64,000 nucleotides of DNA from Klebsormidium nitens (GCA_000708835.1 DF236955.1:372001-436000); one strand, 5' to 3'. Shown: positions 35,545 through 49,264, counted from the stretch's first letter. Notes: generated by a model from the sequence alone, not told the origin. Program-made: numbers and translations.

Positions 35545-36356
35545 GCCTTGGTTTTGAAGATCAAATGTGACAGCACCAAAACCAATGCGCCTTCACAAGG
35601 ACTGCAAGTATTACTTAGAACAACTGGCCTTGAAAACTAAAGAAGCTTTAGCCACCTGCGCTGACTTCGACAAAACGGAAGATCTATCACAACCCCGCAG
35701 CTCGCCTTCTTTCAGCATTGCGGGAAGGAACAGCGAAATTACCAGTTGCTCTCGATTTCTAAACTGCAGAAAGCGCAATTGAAGTACCTACCAGTAACAC
35801 ACACCAGTCCCCAGGTCTGCACTTTGCTGCCAGGAACGGCTTCTTGTAGGGCCTTCTCTGTCACTGTCAGTGTCAGACTGAAATTCTGATCAGGAAGAGC
35901 CAGGAAGAGCACTGCACTGTCATGTGTGCACAGTGACATGGCGTCTCTTCCAAGATGGATCAGCTTGCCGGTGTGATGTGAACAGGTGCTATCTCTTAGG
36001 TTAAAGCTCCTAACAATGGAGCGAACCCCCCCGGGGGCCTGAGGCGTTCATGCGGGTTAACGAGTAGGTCAACGTGCGTACAGTCACAAGGCTCAGAAGC
36101 AGAGGCAATGCGCATTTACACCAGTCACTAGGGTCCGGGATGAACTGCATCAGCGGCAAGCGAACGAATGAGGCAGAAACTTTAAAAGTCCAATTTTGAA
36201 ATTGAATGCATGATGTAACAAAATTTAAACTTGACATTGTAATAGGTAGTGGACTCTGGAGAGCCAGGAAGGCGCCTTTCAGGACTGGTTCCACAACGCT
36301 GCGTCGTTGTAGACGGGCTGGCCTCCTACCATTTGCGATGCTAAGTCAGCAGCTAT

Positions 36357-37827
36357 GTGAAGACCAGAGTCACACCTACGCAGACAAAGTGTGCTACTCA
36401 GACGGCGCTCTTGAGCCAGGACGCTGTAGAAGCGTTGAGTATGAGAATGAACGCCGTGTCTCTGACCGCTGTCGAAGAGCTGAGTGATGATGAAAGACGA
36501 GCTTTGCGGGCAAGTCGGTTCGGAGGGGCCTCTGGTCTGCAGCCCCTTACTAGAGAAGCGCCCAAAGCAAAGAGGTGGGCTCCAGCTTTGCGTTCCACTG
36601 AGAAGAACTTCATTGTTTGCCGGCTACTTGCCTTCCAGCGATGTTGGCAGCGCCTTCACAGATTAAGAGACTCTGTACAATCATGGCCCATCAATGCACT
36701 GGCCGTCTAGTTCTGGCACTTCACAAGTACTTCCTTTAAGATGTGATCAAGCCATGAAGTTCATCAGAAGACAATACGAGCAGAGGGGGCAATGTCAGGG
36801 ATGTCTCACTCTCTACGCTTGTGTAGAAAGAGCGCCCGCTCGAGGTCAGAGTGACTCGCTGCTAAACTTCTTTAGAAGGGCCTGCCATTGGTGGTAGGGA
36901 ATTTGAAAGTGGGTGTGGGGGCCTTTGATGTGTTCAGCTGTTGGGAGCTTGTACTCCAAACTGCAATGAAGCTGAGCGCTTCTCCCATCTTGCTTCACTG
37001 CAGACTTGCCCATCCAGGAGGCCCTGTCGTAACCAACAAAGCTGCGGCGCTTGCCCGCTTCCTGAAGAGGAAGTTGCAGGATCCAGAGGGTTTTGCTGCC
37101 CTTGACCCCGAGCTTGTGGAGAAGGCTGTCAAGGCTGCGAAAACAGGGAAAACGACTCAGGGTATGGTTCTTTCAGTGCTTTTGTGTGGGTATTCCAATA
37201 CTATATAGCGCACCCAAAGATTCTGCTTATCACCGTACTGCAAGAAATCTTCGTGCATCGCTTGAATGATGATTATGGTACTCTTAGGGGGAACAAACCG
37301 CTTGATTTGGGCAATCACTTGTTTGTCGAACCCTTGTTAAACGACGAATCCTTTCACAGTCTCCTTAAAGTGTGTCTCTGCTTGTACAGCGCCCGGGGTC
37401 GCTGGACCTGATCAACGAAACGATGAGGTAAACAGTCCACACCTTTCTCCTTTTGTTTTTTGGTCTCGTGTAATCGGCTGTAATCGGCCCAGCCTCATCA
37501 CCGTCGACTAGTGTGATACGGCCCAGGATTCTCTGCCTTCTCTAGATCCTTGCCCTGCTTTCGTATCTATGACAGCGGACCAAGGCGATGCATCTTTCAA
37601 CTGGAAGGATGTGATTCATTTGGAGTATATTGCATTCTCTGTAAATGCAGGATTCAAATGGGTCAGAGGACGACGAAAAATCAAGGAACCCAAAGACAAA
37701 GGCCAAAAGCATCAAGGACAAGAAACTGTCCAACAACGTCATTCTCAATAGTAGTCAGAACAAGAAGGATGATCGGGAACTGAAAGTAAAGAAGAAAAAG
37801 AAGAAGCGAAGAAAAGCAGCAATCTGA
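36357..37827 (+). CDS. Conserved plant hypothetical protein with Lys-rich C-terminus
   Basis: EELSDDERRALRASRFG...KAKR|LAHPGGPVVTNKAAALARFLKRKLQDPEG...LDPELVEKAVKAAK (exon 37004-37161) resembles an uncharacterised land-plant family I recall. Last exon 37651-37827 ends KVKKKKKKRRKAAI. Start codon and one internal exon are unresolved. Confidence 0.7.
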
Positions 37828-38270
37828 ATACCAAGTGAGGATAAATTTGTTAAAACGCAAGCCTGGCCTGAAGACTTGTTGACTTGAATGCGGCAATGCT
37901 GCATCAAAATTGGCCCTCCGCACAAGTGAGTGTCCTGGCTATAAGCAGGTTGGGTCGAGTGTATGTTAAACTTACAATTCAGAAATCTGCCATCTAGCTC
38001 AATCATGGCAATAGCGCGCAAAATATTCTGCGCGATCATGCAGCCACTTGCCCTTGTCTCAGATGTAATCATCATGATGTGTTTATAGTATACTGCATGC
38101 ACTTGCACTTGTGCGCAGATTGGTAAAATGATCATCTGCGCAGAGCAACTATCCTCGACTAAGTGCAGCCATCTAGCTAGCTGACATCACCCGCAGCGGC
38201 CCTTGCATGGATAATTAAGGGTCCTGGCAATGTATATGTCACGCTAGCATATGCAGTCCACCGTCATGTG

Positions 38271-38335
38271 AGGGTTCCAACCGAGGATTGAACTCGACCG
38301 CAGTTCACTGAGACCAGAATCTCATTCAACAAGAC
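38271..38335 (-). pseudogene. tRNA-like fragment (3' half, Gln-CTG-like) or SINE head remnant
   Basis: Minus strand reads TGAGA-TTCTGG-TCTCA (stem-loop containing CTG) ... TCGAG-TTCAATC-CTCGG (T-arm/B-box) then TTGGAACCCT. No matching 5' acceptor strand or D-arm. Confidence 0.35.
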
Positions 38336-38843
38336 GTACAATGCAAAAACCATGTAGTTTGAATGTACAAAACATTCACAACCATGCACACGGCATCCGC
38401 GCCAGGTTGGATGTGTTTGCGCATCTGACATTGACATGCAAGTGCCCTGGTTTTATCATTGACGGTGCGTACCTGTGTGCACATTGACGGCCTTGCCATG
38501 TGGTCTGTTCCGAAACAGATATAATGATGGAACGCCTACTACTATATACCGTTAATGCATCAGACCGTCTCACATCAACACACCCGAGAGGGCCCAGCTA
38601 GTGCACCTGACAGTCTGCAGCCATAGCAACCATAGACGCACATTGATGCTGCCTCTGCGCCTTCCTGCAAGCGAGCCACCTATCGGGACAGATTCGCAGG
38701 GCAGACGACTTCCGCACTTGACAAACTCGTCGACACACAAAAATAAATTTGTAGCGTCGTCTGCCCAGCCAACTTTATCCCGATGCTGAAGTTGATCAGA
38801 TCTGAAAGTGATTGCTATAAAGGAACCTTTTCAAAGCAAAACA

Positions 38844-40921
38844 TCATTCGGCTACTGACTCAATGCGCCGCCGCTCTGCTCCAAACGTAAGGCGTCGCTG
38901 CGGACGTCTGCCGTACCCCGGAACAGCAGGCGACCTCCGTTGTTTTTTCAGATCCCGGGACTGCGGCAGCGGCTTGGGTTGGAAAGCATATGCGGAAACT
39001 TTGCCAGGCTCGGGCGTTTTGAGTCTGGCCACTACTCCCGCCTGGTTATGAACGCGCATAGGTCTCCCCTCTTCCTGATCTTCTTCGATCCCCGTAATAT
39101 CCAAGATTCGCAACCGCGTAAGCTCCTGTGTGGGCCAATTAGAAATGATACGTTAATTATCCGTCAAAAACGAACGGTTGTCTTGAGCAACCGTCATAGC
39201 AGAAGACAGATCAATAAGCGGAATCAGAAAAGCATTTGTGGAAAACAAGTGGGCATCAATCCGGTGTATCTTAACAGCTTTCTGCATCACAGGGTTGATC
39301 TTTTCAGCAGTCCGGGCAGCAAGAACTTGTTGACGACAGACCCGTACCTGCCTATGCCCCTTGAGTCGTCTTGAGTTCTTCCTTCGTCTTTTTTTCAAGA
39401 TGAGCACTTTGCCATCTTTGACCTGCGGAATGGATGGCAATGAGAAACAGCTCAGGACAGATGCAAATCTGGAGAAGCAAGTAACGAAGTCCGGTGCTTC
39501 GCACTTAATCATGATCGGAACTGCTCAAAAACCAACAAGCAAGTCCATACTGAAGCGAATCGAAATGAACTTGAGTACACGATTAACTTTAAGACATCGA
39601 AAGGACTGCTTTTCACATTGTAAGCCCAGAAAAAATGTTTCCCAAGGAGGGACGGATTGTGGGTCACTCACCTGTCCTTCGACTGTTGCAGAAACAGTGG
39701 CATCTGGGATGAACGGCCGGCCCACAATCGTCTTCGATTTGGAACCAAGCAGGAGAACCTTCTTCAACAGAATCTGAAACCACAATTCCTGGTGTGAGAC
39801 ACACGGTCATCCAAGAGCCAAGCTGCTTAGGGGACGAGCACATCGATGAGTGGTCAAGAAGGCAATATGCCACATCAATGGTACATTCAATCAGTTAAAT
39901 TCAGATACAAAGGTAGTGTGCCAACAGGAACATGGGCGTTCAAGCCAATGCATGACCAGAGAGCACTGAGTATAAGCATATGCAATTGGCGATAGGACAA
40001 GGGGTAGGAGTCTCACCGTCGACTTGACATCCGGTCCATTCAGCTTCTCAACATACAAGACATCGTCCGGCGTAACTTTGAATTGATGAGGGCCTACCTG
40101 AACAAGAAAACACGCAAGTACAAAACCCTCAAATAAAGCCCGCCAGGAAAGCAACCTGATCAACCAGCTAAATCAAGTGGTCATCTGATTCCTCTCAAGT
40201 GAGCATCCTTTTCTGCTTGATGGGCAAGAACAGCAAATGCAAGCGATTAAACGAGTAGCGCAATCTAGAAGAAACCCACACTTCTCATCACAGGGTCATG
40301 CCAAATAACCTCGAGCAGGAGCAACTAGATAACCGCTCCTAATCTGATGCAACCTTTACCACCAATATCCCTCCTCACCTGGACCACTGCAAAAATCTGC
40401 TTTGGCTTGATGTCGATTGGCGTGCTCTCCTGTGCTAAGCTGCCTACCAGTTCCACACCACTTGCTTCAAGCCTCTTGACGCTAAGCGCGGGCAGCGGTT
40501 GCTCAGCTCCCTCTCTGCCTGCCTCTACCAGCGTTCCATAGCAACGGCGGCCCTCAAATTGAGAATAAGTCAGAATGGTTCCATTTGCGGCGCCTAACGC
40601 TGGTAGACCGGCGACCGTTGAACACTTCTCATACGCGCTCACACCACTGCATTTTGCGAGTTCAAATACCTTGTGCAGCAGATGAGGTGGTAGCCAAGCT
40701 CCTGCGGGCGTGCTCGCCTCGAAGACCCCAGATTTCCCCAACTCATGATCAGATTGCAGACCGACGGGCGGTCTGTCATTCACCGCCGCTGCCTTCCGCC
40801 CAGTGGATGCACACAGCCCTTCCAGAAGGTGTGGCTGTTCAAGGCGGCTCCTGCATGGCCCAAGTACACTCTCGCAGCGACGCAAGGAGCGGGCGAGCAA
40901 CCAGGCCGCCATGACGGACAT
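38844..40921 (-). CDS. MRPL21: Mitochondrial-type 50S ribosomal protein L21 (bL21m, NFD1-like)
   Basis: Exons 40921-40379, 40097-40017, 39773-39672, 39422-39348, 39125-38844 in frame. FAVVQVGPHQFKVT, KVLLLGSKSKTIVGRPF, KKRRRKNSRRLKGHRQELTRLRI; long presequence. Confidence 0.95.
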
Positions 40922-41024
40922 GCCACAAGAAATCAACTCCGAAACTCCTTGGCTTTTGTCAACTCAATTTCAAGAACTTAAATTGCTGGCAGTGAAACTT
41001 TTTCTCACGTTTCTCGAATTTCAC

Positions 41025-41360
41025 TTTTAGGGTTTTAGGTGTTTAGGGTGCACCTCAGCATTGCGCCACCATGCTCAGCAGGCAGCTGGGCGCAGAACTT
41101 CAATAAGCAAGTGAAGGGGCGCCCAAAGGGCAACTCTGTTGCAGGTTTATTGCTCCTTTCCATAGCATTGTCAGCAGCATTTGAGGGGCCGGCCCGAGCT
41201 GGCCCAAGTTAGCAGCAAGCGGACTGACGTCAGCCCAAGCGCCAATTGAATACATCTTTGTGGATAGTGCCATCAACTGAGAACAGTTTCTTCTTAGCTG
41301 CAATCTGCGCGCTTAAGTGGAGAGGTTCGAGAAGAGCTACCGGGCAGCAAAGTGGGCCGC
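41025..41360. promoter_or_regulatory. Bidirectional promoter of bL21m/NAA20 with telo-boxes, site II motifs and a TGACGTCA palindrome
   Basis: TTTTAGGG-TTTTAGGT-GTTTAGGG at about 41025-41048; GGCCCA at 41201, AGCCCA at about 41231, TGGGCC at 41353; CTGACGTCAG at about 41224. Confidence 0.6.
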
Positions 41361-41366
41361 TTGAAA

Positions 41367-43198
41367 ATGACGACAATCAGAAAGTTTACATGTGATGACC
41401 TTTTCAAATTCAACAATGTCAACTTGGACAAGCTAACCGAGACCGTGAGTCAGCTGCTTTAACGCTTGAGAAAGATGGATTCTGCTTCAAGGTCCAGTCT
41501 GGCTAGAACTATGCGGAATTAGCCACCTGGTGTCATAGATACGAGAGTCTTGTTGCTACAGGCAAAATGTTTGTGCCATTTACGAGCTGCCCTGACTTCT
41601 GCGTCTGTGCTGTCCCCATAAGACGTCTGGTGCATCTTATCTCGATCTATTACCCCTCAACCTTGATATTTGAAGACTACTGGTGGTGGTGTGCGGGTCT
41701 AAGCAGCCCCTCCCCTTGTTCGCTGGTTTGTGCAGTACAACTTGCAGTTTTACCTCTCTTATCTTGCGCGGTGGCCAGAGTACTTCTTGGTGGCAGAAGG
41801 GCCGGGTGCCCAAATGATGGGCTACAGTAAGGGCATTCTTTGTGTCTCTTTGACTCGATTGACTGCTTTTTGAAACAACCTCGACTTCCTTGTATATCTA
41901 TATGTCCAGGTGTTGCTCCTCGAACAATGAAGTACGAGACTGATCAAGGTTCTTTTTAAATGTCAAGATCCACTGCCTGGTTGCTTTTGTGACGAGAGGC
42001 TTCTACTGGACATCAGTGTGATCAACCTGTCCAAGTAGAGTATGTCAGAATCTCAGTGGCATGGATCAGACTTTTTTCTGTTGTCTTGGTGGCTGTAGTC
42101 ATGGGCAAGGTCGAGGGAGAGGGTGACCTGTGGCACGGACACGTGACTGCGGTGACGGTGGCACCCAATTACCGGCGGCAACAGCTGGCGAAGAAGCTCA
42201 TGTTCCTGCTGGAGGAGATCACAGAGAAGATGTGAGTAGGGCAGTGAATTGTCCTTGCGCAATATCGAACTGAAAGGAAAGCCAATCTCATCCTTGATAT
42301 CATCGTGTATTGGGCTGCTTGGATAGTTTTGTCAATCGTCGCATCCTCTATCTCTGAAAGTTGAACCTTCGGGTCTGTTCAGAGGACGATTGGCAAATGC
42401 CCACAAGTATCTGGACGGAGCAAGGGAAAACGTGGTGTAAGAATTTTCACTATTAAGGCCGCCTCTGGTGTTCCTTGCATGCCACTGTCTCGATCTGCCC
42501 AAATGGCTTTCTGAAACATAACCAGTGCATACTTTGGGAGATGTTTAAAACGAATTTCCTCGTACTTCGCACCCCACTGCAGGGCCGCTCCCGAAGGGTC
42601 TCGAAAGTAGTTTTGAAATCAATGGTGCTTCTTTATGTGCTTATATCATGTGCCAGTGAGTTTTGAGACTGCCAAAAACCCGTCAGCTCCTTTGTGGACA
42701 GAGAACGGGTGTCAAACGATCAGTCAAAGGTTTGTTCTCCTGCAGGCACAACGGCTACTTTGTTGACCTTTTCGTGCGAGAATCAAACACGGTGGCAATC
42801 GACATGTATAAAAAGCTGGGGTACGTCTGTTATCGGAGAGTCATAAAGTACTACTCTGGGGAGGAGGATGCTTGGGGTAAGTCGTGCTGCATAATTCTTG
42901 AACAGCTTCGTTGCTAGTCGTGTGGGCCTTTCTTATGTCATCTGGGCCATCTACTCCTGTGACGGGCTCTTCGTCTGATGTGATCAAGCAATCTCAGTAT
43001 TCGGATGTTCACAACTCTGTGGAGAGTGTCAAAGTATGAACGTTACATCCTTTCTGTTGGTTTTTGGCTCTCTAATACGATGATACCTTTGTTGCTGGTT
43101 TTGCAGATATGCGGAAGGCTATGCGACGAGATAAAGAAAAGAGATCCATGATACCTTTGGACAGGGCGATTCACCCAGAAGAGCTTGAGCACGATTAG
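41367..43198 (+). CDS. NAA20: N-alpha-acetyltransferase 20 (NatB catalytic subunit)
   Basis: Exons 41367-41444, 41736-41826, 42099-42231, 42746-42876, 43107-43198 total 525 nt (174 aa). MTTIRKFTCDDLFKFNNVNLDKLTETYN, WHGHVTAVTVAPNYRRQQLA, YFVDLFVRESN, YYSGEEDAWDMRK. Confidence 0.97.
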
Positions 43199-44394
43199 CG
43201 TCCGATTGTCCAGTCGAAGTATCGCCACCAATCGTAGAGCATTCGGAGGTGCCCTCTTTATCGATTCATGAAGTTATGGACTCGGTAATGTCCGTTCGGC
43301 CGGTGCGCAGTCAGCATAAATCCCTTCGAGATGGACCACGATGTCGGACTGAGACTACATTCGAAGTTCCTGTTGAACACAATCTGAGTTTGAGCTGCTT
43401 ATTGACATATGGACCTGGACGCAGCAGGCTACGCACAGGATGGTTAACCTGCATTGCAGCTCGTCGCCGATATTGTGTCTAGATTTTGACGCGTGCAGCT
43501 TGGACTCATCCTTCATTTGTATTGTGTACTGTCACCGTCCGTCGAGTCAATCTTATATAGATACTAGCTTCCTCGATTTCCTAAAAACCGCTATAATTTC
43601 AAACTACAAGACCGTTGTAGCTGGCAACACTACCGCCTGAGTGCAAGCATGCGTTATGTCGATCCTCCAATTTCAGACTTTTTATATACTTGCCGCGACT
43701 CAGCTTGAATGACAGGCTGGGGTTATAGATCTGTATACCTATACTCACACAGCGTATGCTGACGGTATTTCTTTTGCACTATAAATAGGCCGCGCCCGCG
43801 CGCCCGCTCATGATCACGTCATGCCGGATCCATCCCTCGATTAAGAGAACAACTTGAGCTGTATTGGATGGTCTGTCGTGCATGAGCTGCATGTGCATGA
43901 CGCTCTCGCGCACGTGCAGGTCACCTTGCAGCCAGCTATAGCTGACCGTTTTTAATTTGCGCCTGCGAATGTATGTGAATCAGCAAACATGGGATATACT
44001 CCTTCAGTGTGCCGCATGACAAATGTATGCATCATCAAGCCCAGCTCAAGCGCGGCTGCATACTATGACTGCTGTATGCAACGAGGACGCAGGCGGCGTT
44101 GCAGATTTTTGTACAAGCGAACATCAAACACGTGTGGGAGTGACCAGCTTTTCACATGCCACAGGGCAAGCGTTCGTTCAGTGATTGCAAAGGCATTCCA
44201 GATTGCAAGCTCAGGCGTTTGCAATCGACACCCATACACGTGTTCATAGCTTCTTAGTAGCGCGCATGATATGGTCCCCCGTTTGCGAATTGCTCGTTGG
44301 TCGCAATCAATGGCAAGGGGTGCTAGGCCATCTAGCCGCCTGCGCAAGCTGGGATATCGCTCGTTCCCTGATCGAGATTCTCGTACACCCCTCC

Positions 44395-46642
44395 TCAAGG
44401 CCGCTTTTGCTCGTCAGGACTATCACTTGGCTCCGTTTGCTCTGCTCCCTCTCGAGACCCCGAAGACGACGTCGACTCCACATGAGCACTATCCGATCTC
44501 GAAACTTCGCTCCCTGCACTATCTTTTCGTTCTGCTTCCGACTCTCCGTGCAAGTTGGGTATCGTGGCTTGTAAGACTTTATCCAAGTCCTCCCGCGACT
44601 GAGCCTTTGCTTCCCTCTCCGGTCGCATCACTCTCTCGACCTGCCTCTCGAACGTTGTTAGACCGAGTGCGGCATCCACTAAGTCCGGATTTCTCGCTGC
44701 ATGTCTTTGAAAAGCGTTCGAACTTTCCTCGCCAGGCCGCCTGTCTGCCTCGGGCCCCTCTTCTCGTCTACCGCTCGACCTCGGAGCTTCTGCAGGCGGG
44801 TCGTCACTTTCTCCCACCGTTTCTCGTCCGGGTTTTGATGGTTCGATCGCTTCTCCAGAATCGTTAAACACAGCGGTGGCAGGGGTTTTGCTCTCATTGG
44901 CTTGCGGACGTTCAGAAAGGGGCTCCGTGCTCGGGCGCCAGGCAGAAGCGGGTGCGTCACTGTGTGACGGGGTTGCTCCTGAACTTTCGTTAGTTGTCCC
45001 CAGCCTGCCTGGAAGGAGGCGCGCCAGCCCAGTCTGCTTGCCACTCTTCTGCTTCTTGGCTGCTCGGAGCAAGTCGGGTGGGATGCGTCGGATCACGAAG
45101 CGCCGACCACCTCGAAAACCAAGTGCATACCTGCGAGAGGAAGGCACCTCTTTGGTGGAATTGGATTTGAAGCCAATGCCCCTCACGCTTTTGTAAATAA
45201 GAGGTTTGAAAAGCTTGAAAGCTAAGAGACTTCTGCCGGGAACTGCAATATTGTGTTCAGTACCATCTGACACAACTGAGAGCTGAGACAAAAATAAGTG
45301 GTCGAGAGGCCACTCTCACGTCTGGGGGGTAAAGAGAAGCTTCTGTTGATACCCATAGGACAGACCGCTACTTAAGATGCTGCTAAGCTTGAACGGGGCT
45401 TTAACACCACTTCTCAATTGAGACGCAGTCTGGGCTGTGCGCTGTGATGAAGGTCAGCCAGAAGTCAGTGAAGGAAGCTGTTCGTTTGATCAGCTTCGCA
45501 AGCTTTCTGTTGTGGTCTGTTTCAAAGCTTTCTCACGAGAGCGTTCACCCAAAAAGAGAGGTTTGTGTTCTTGAAGCTTGTGTGGTCCAGCATCGGACAA
45601 AAGAAACCGATCAAAAGTAGCGAAATTTATAAAACGAGGAAGATTTTCGGAGGCCCCTTACCCGACTATCAGAGCAGTGGACGATGTTGCCAAGAAAGTC
45701 TTGTAGGACACTCCTGTTCTGGTGGCTGCTGTTGTAAGCGCTTTAACCTGCTGCTCTTCCAAGGAGTAGACGTTGGTCATCTGCAATTGCACGAACCCAG
45801 AAAAGCATCAGAGCAGATGAGACACATCTGTCAATCTTGAATTGGAGGTACCTAACTCAAAGAAGGCTGAATAGGGGGCGAAGACTGCAAGCATGTGCAG
45901 CAATAGAGGTGCATGGTTTCTGCTGACAAGACAAACATAGGGCGGCAAGAGGCGCACATCTTCTCCTGCTACAAAGAAGACCACCTTTGATTGGCAACAG
46001 AAAGCGACTCAGGTGCGGTGAGAAGATCAGAATTGTGGACCACTGAAAACTCTTACATGCTCCTCAATCTTCTGCAGCTTCTCTTCCAACTTCTTTTGAT
46101 GTACCTGTCTGGCAGTGTAGCCTGCAAGCAGATCGTCGACTGTCAGCTTGAACAATGAACAGCTGAAGCCTCTGTGCCACTTATTCTATTCATGCGCTCC
46201 AGCAGGTGCCAATCAGAAAGAAGGCTGTCATGTCTGTTTGAGAAGGCTACCACTACAAGCAGTAATCACTGTTCAGACAGACGGCGCTATCCACCGATCA
46301 GGCTGTTTTTGTTGAGCTTCAGGAGCAGCCTCACCAGCCCAGGCTGCCCCTGCGGACAGCAGACCACCGGCAACAGTGAAGACCACATTGTGTTTCTCAA
46401 ACAGATTCTGCATCGACAAAGTGGCAAGCTGATTAACACTCAATTCTTGGAGCATGTAAGGACTGGAAGAGTGATATGTCTCAGGAGCTTTGAAAGTGTC
46501 AACGAAACGGTGCCACCAGAGTGACTTCGTCTTTTGGTGTCTGTCACTGTAAGCAAGCAACTTTGGGACTGATTCTCCTTACTGCTCAATGACAGTAGAA
46601 GAGACTCAGAAAATCTCACCTTTGTGGCTTGAAAGCTGTCAT
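44395..46642 (-). CDS. Conserved plant hypothetical membrane protein with long disordered C-terminus
   Basis: Joined exons (ending 46335; 46121-46057; 45780-45662; 45130-44395) give NLFEKHNVVFTVAGGLLSAGAAWAGYTARQVHQKKLEEKLQKIEEHMTNVYSLE...ALIVGYALGFRGGRRF, resembling an uncharacterised plant family (AWAGY...GYGLGWRGG). The start at 46642 is a guess. Confidence 0.7.
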
Positions 46643-46948
46643 CAACTGCCCTTACAGCATTTTGGTACTTCCTACGTAAAGCTCTCAATGCAGAGATTGG
46701 CGCTTGCATGCTTTTCCCTCAGCGTCACACTAATTCTAGATAAGTTGAAAGATCCTGAGGTCCTCCTCAACCAGCAAAGAAGCTGGCTGCAGTTAGCCAG
46801 CCGCTGTGGAAAAGAGCAGACCTCAAGCAGCCAGAATTGGGCGCGAACTAGGATCCTTAGCTCGTCTGCTGTTCACCTAGCCTAAGGCGGATCATGGCAT
46901 GAGAAATGAACTTGTGTCCAGCAAGCTTTGCTGCATTGAAACTTAGTT

Positions 46949-46998
46949 AGGCTGGCTTGTTGACCAGTGATAAAGGCTGGCTTGTTGACCAGTGATAA
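46949..46998. repeat. Exact 25-bp tandem duplication
   Basis: AGGCTGGCTTGTTGACCAGTGATAA occurs twice in tandem. Confidence 0.95.
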
Positions 46999-47838
46999 TG
47001 TAGGTGCGGGTTTGCCAAACCGGGCTGTTTGGCGACACCTCAGGGAAACGATCATGGAACCGGCATGTTTTTGAGCTACGGTTTTGATTGAAAGTGAACA
47101 GCATGCAGCATGAGACGGCATACATGAACACCGGCTGTTTTGTCGGACCGTGAATTGCCGCCACGACTGACTGGGTTAAACAAAGCAAACCAGGTTGCGA
47201 CCCAGATCCAATCTGTAGGGAATTCATAAATTCTAGACGCAGCGGCAGGGCTTGGAAAGTGGAAGAGCTTAGGTAGTAGAGGCGGCTTGCGCTTGAAGTT
47301 GTACGTAGATCGACAGCATGATGCCGCTGTTTGCAGGGTCCATGCAGTCTCTCCTTTGAGTCGCATGTATCACCATGTCTCACAGGATCAATCAATATTC
47401 TTGCCCTTTGCTTCAGGGACTTTGTGTAGAGCCGCAAGTGACACTTGGAAAGTCACTTCCACTAGTACGCAATTCTGTCGCTTTTACTGAATGTTGGTTG
47501 CGCCCTCTTAGCTGTCCTGACGTCCCTAAGCTGGCGGCATGTGGCTCATGCATACTCATTAGCAGCACCAGCAGCGTCCTCGCTTGGTTCGTTGGCAGAT
47601 GTATCTTCAAAACTTGCAAGCGTTAGATCAGTATTAGTTCATTGAAGAAGCTCATGCTTCAATATAGCGGGCCCCTGGGGTTCTGATGAGAGGTAGTATT
47701 CCAGGTCTGAGAGCAACCGTGCTTGACTCATAGGACCAGACTCCGTAAGAAGAACTCCTAGAGTAACGTACTTATAGAGCATTTTTATTCTGTATTTTTA
47801 GGGTTTGGACCATTCTAGGGTTTCAGCATTCTGAGCTC

Positions 47839-49264
47839 ATGGACTCCCTTATTCCTGGTCTCCCTGACGATGTGGCGAAGCTGTGTCTGGCTAGGATACC
47901 TCTGCATCTGTACACAACTGTCCGCTCCGTGTGTCGCTCATGGGGGCAGTGGCTTATCGATGAAACAGGGGAGTTGGCAAAGATGCGGCGAGATGCTGGG
48001 CTGAAGGGCGATCAACTCTTCCTTCTCGTATGCAAGAGCATGTACTCTGAAACACAGGATGGTCAGGAAAATTTGGGGAACTACTCGCACCTCCCATGGC
48101 TCTGGAATGGAAGGCGCTATGCAAAGTTTTCATACCGTCTGGCGAGGGTGGAGTTTGATGCAGCGGGCCAGATTGTCATGGAGTATGTGGGGGACGAGTT
48201 GACCTGCAAGGTGAGCTGAAAGGAGCTGGGCAAGAATCTTCGGATGCTTGATGCCAAGCAGAGAAGCACTGATCGAAAGCATGGTGCTATTTTCCAGTCT
48301 TGTAGGTGGAAATATTTGGGACTATAGTGAGTCTGCTTTACAGTCTGATCGCAGGCTTTCCATTCCACTTGACAACTTTCACCAGCATTTGATATTCCCA
48401 CACTACAAACAATGAGGTGATGTTTTCTCAAAGGTTCTGTGCCCGTCCGCGACAGAGTACGGTGTCACACCGTATTCACATACTCGAACCTTTGTGCAGC
48501 TGCCGTTTCCGTATGCAAAAGCCTTCGAGACGATGATCTCCATTGGCCGCAACCTATTCCTGTTCCGCATTGGACGAGATGTTTGGCGGTGTGACACGGC
48601 CACCGGTCGATGGCAGCAGGTTGCCACCCGGAACTGGTATGAAAAGAGATTTGCATGGGGGGTGATCAAGGGTCAGCTGTACATCGCGGGGGGCCAAAGC
48701 CACACCGCAGGAGGCACGTCGATCTCTGCGGAGGTGTATGATCTCGAGAAGGATAAGTGGTCGCCCTTGCCAACCATGCCTCAAGTTCGCGGAAGAAGCC
48801 AGGGTTACATCACGGAAGAAGGCAAGTTTTTGGTTTTCGGGACGGATTCTCGAAGCAACATCGAGCCGGCGGCCCTAATTTATGATCCGGATGCGATCGC
48901 CAGCGGGTGGTCGATACTAGAGAATTTCTGGCCGTTTGGGGGAAGGTTGGTTGGATCAGCTGTTGCGGGGAAACAGTTGTATGTAGCTTCCGAGCACGGA
49001 CCCGCAGAGTTCGAGCTCAGGCAGTTCAACGGGAAGGCTTGGAGGTCTTTGGCTTGTCGAGGGGGGGAGGGAGTTTTGAATCATTGTGATGCGTTGATTG
49101 CGCTTGATGGGGGACTCTTGAGCGCAGGATGGTCAGGCGATAGCAGTTGGTTGAGAGCCCCACTAGCAGGTTCGGTCATGCGGAGCGGACTTGCCAAGCT
49201 GCGACATCTTGAAAGATGGACGCCCGCTGGTGAGGAGATCATTGTAGCAGCTGTGGGTGCTTGA
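47839..49264 (+). CDS. F-box/kelch-repeat protein
   Basis: Exons 47839-48210 and 48500-49264 in frame. MDSLIPGLPDDVAKLCLARIP F-box; kelch motifs GQLYIAGG...SAEVYDLEKDKWSPLPTMP. TTTTAGGG telo-box about 40 nt upstream. Confidence 0.93.

Noticed and set aside
44271-44867. 198-aa plus-strand ORF
   Set aside because: Antisense shadow of the GC-rich last exon of the minus-strand gene; no motifs or splice support.
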